From a virus, in the UHGV virus genome UHGV-0165251: a stretch of DNA of 26,293 nucleotides. One strand, 5' to 3'. The position numbers and the translations under genes are program-made. Shown in pieces: positions 26,244-26,293 of this stretch. Position 1 is the stretch's first letter. Every line of letters starts with the position of its first letter. The notes beneath the pieces were generated by a model that made no database searches, was not told where the DNA came from, and worked only from the letters and a program-made list of their open reading frames with translations.

Positions 26244-26293
26244 ACTGGCCCCCTGAATCTCCAGACAACCAATATCACTTAAATAAGTGATAG
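26241..26293. mobile_element. IS2 left terminal sequence (element continues beyond the window)
   Basis: tagactggccccctgaatctccagacaaccaatatcacttaaataagtgatag matches the IS2 left inverted repeat end as I recall it. Confidence 0.7.

Noticed and set aside
1-26293. CRISPR arrays or rRNA genes
   Set aside because: No regularly spaced direct repeats with unique spacers and no rRNA-like sequence; the only repeats seen are the 28-bp linker pair, the ori iterons, the operators and the low-complexity coding repeat.

Overview
This window is the left ~26 kb of a lambdoid prophage of an enterobacterial host, in prophage order, read from sequence and six-frame translations only (no database search was run). 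It opens inside the attL P' arm and runs through int-xis, a leftward pL early operon, the cI/cro immunity region with nutL/nutR, cII, an O-like initiator plus DnaB-type helicase, the nin region, Q, pR'/6S RNA, S-R-Rz/Rz1, and a P22/Sf6-type headful packaging and head module. The genome is mosaic: int, xis, cII, ninB-I, Q and the lysis genes closely match phage lambda as I recall it, while the recombination module is P22-like (Erf plus SSB) and the head module is Sf6-like. The window ends 53 bp into what I recognise as the left end of IS2, which cuts the coat gene, so the prophage is probably defective. The best candidates for undescribed functions are accessory genes at module joints: a membrane protein co-transcribed with cI in the rex slot, a two-gene cassette flanked by a 28-bp direct repeat, a small membrane-protein insert between duplicated terminator hairpins, and a run of unrecognised zinc-ribbon proteins in the pL operon. 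No tRNA, rRNA or CRISPR array was seen.
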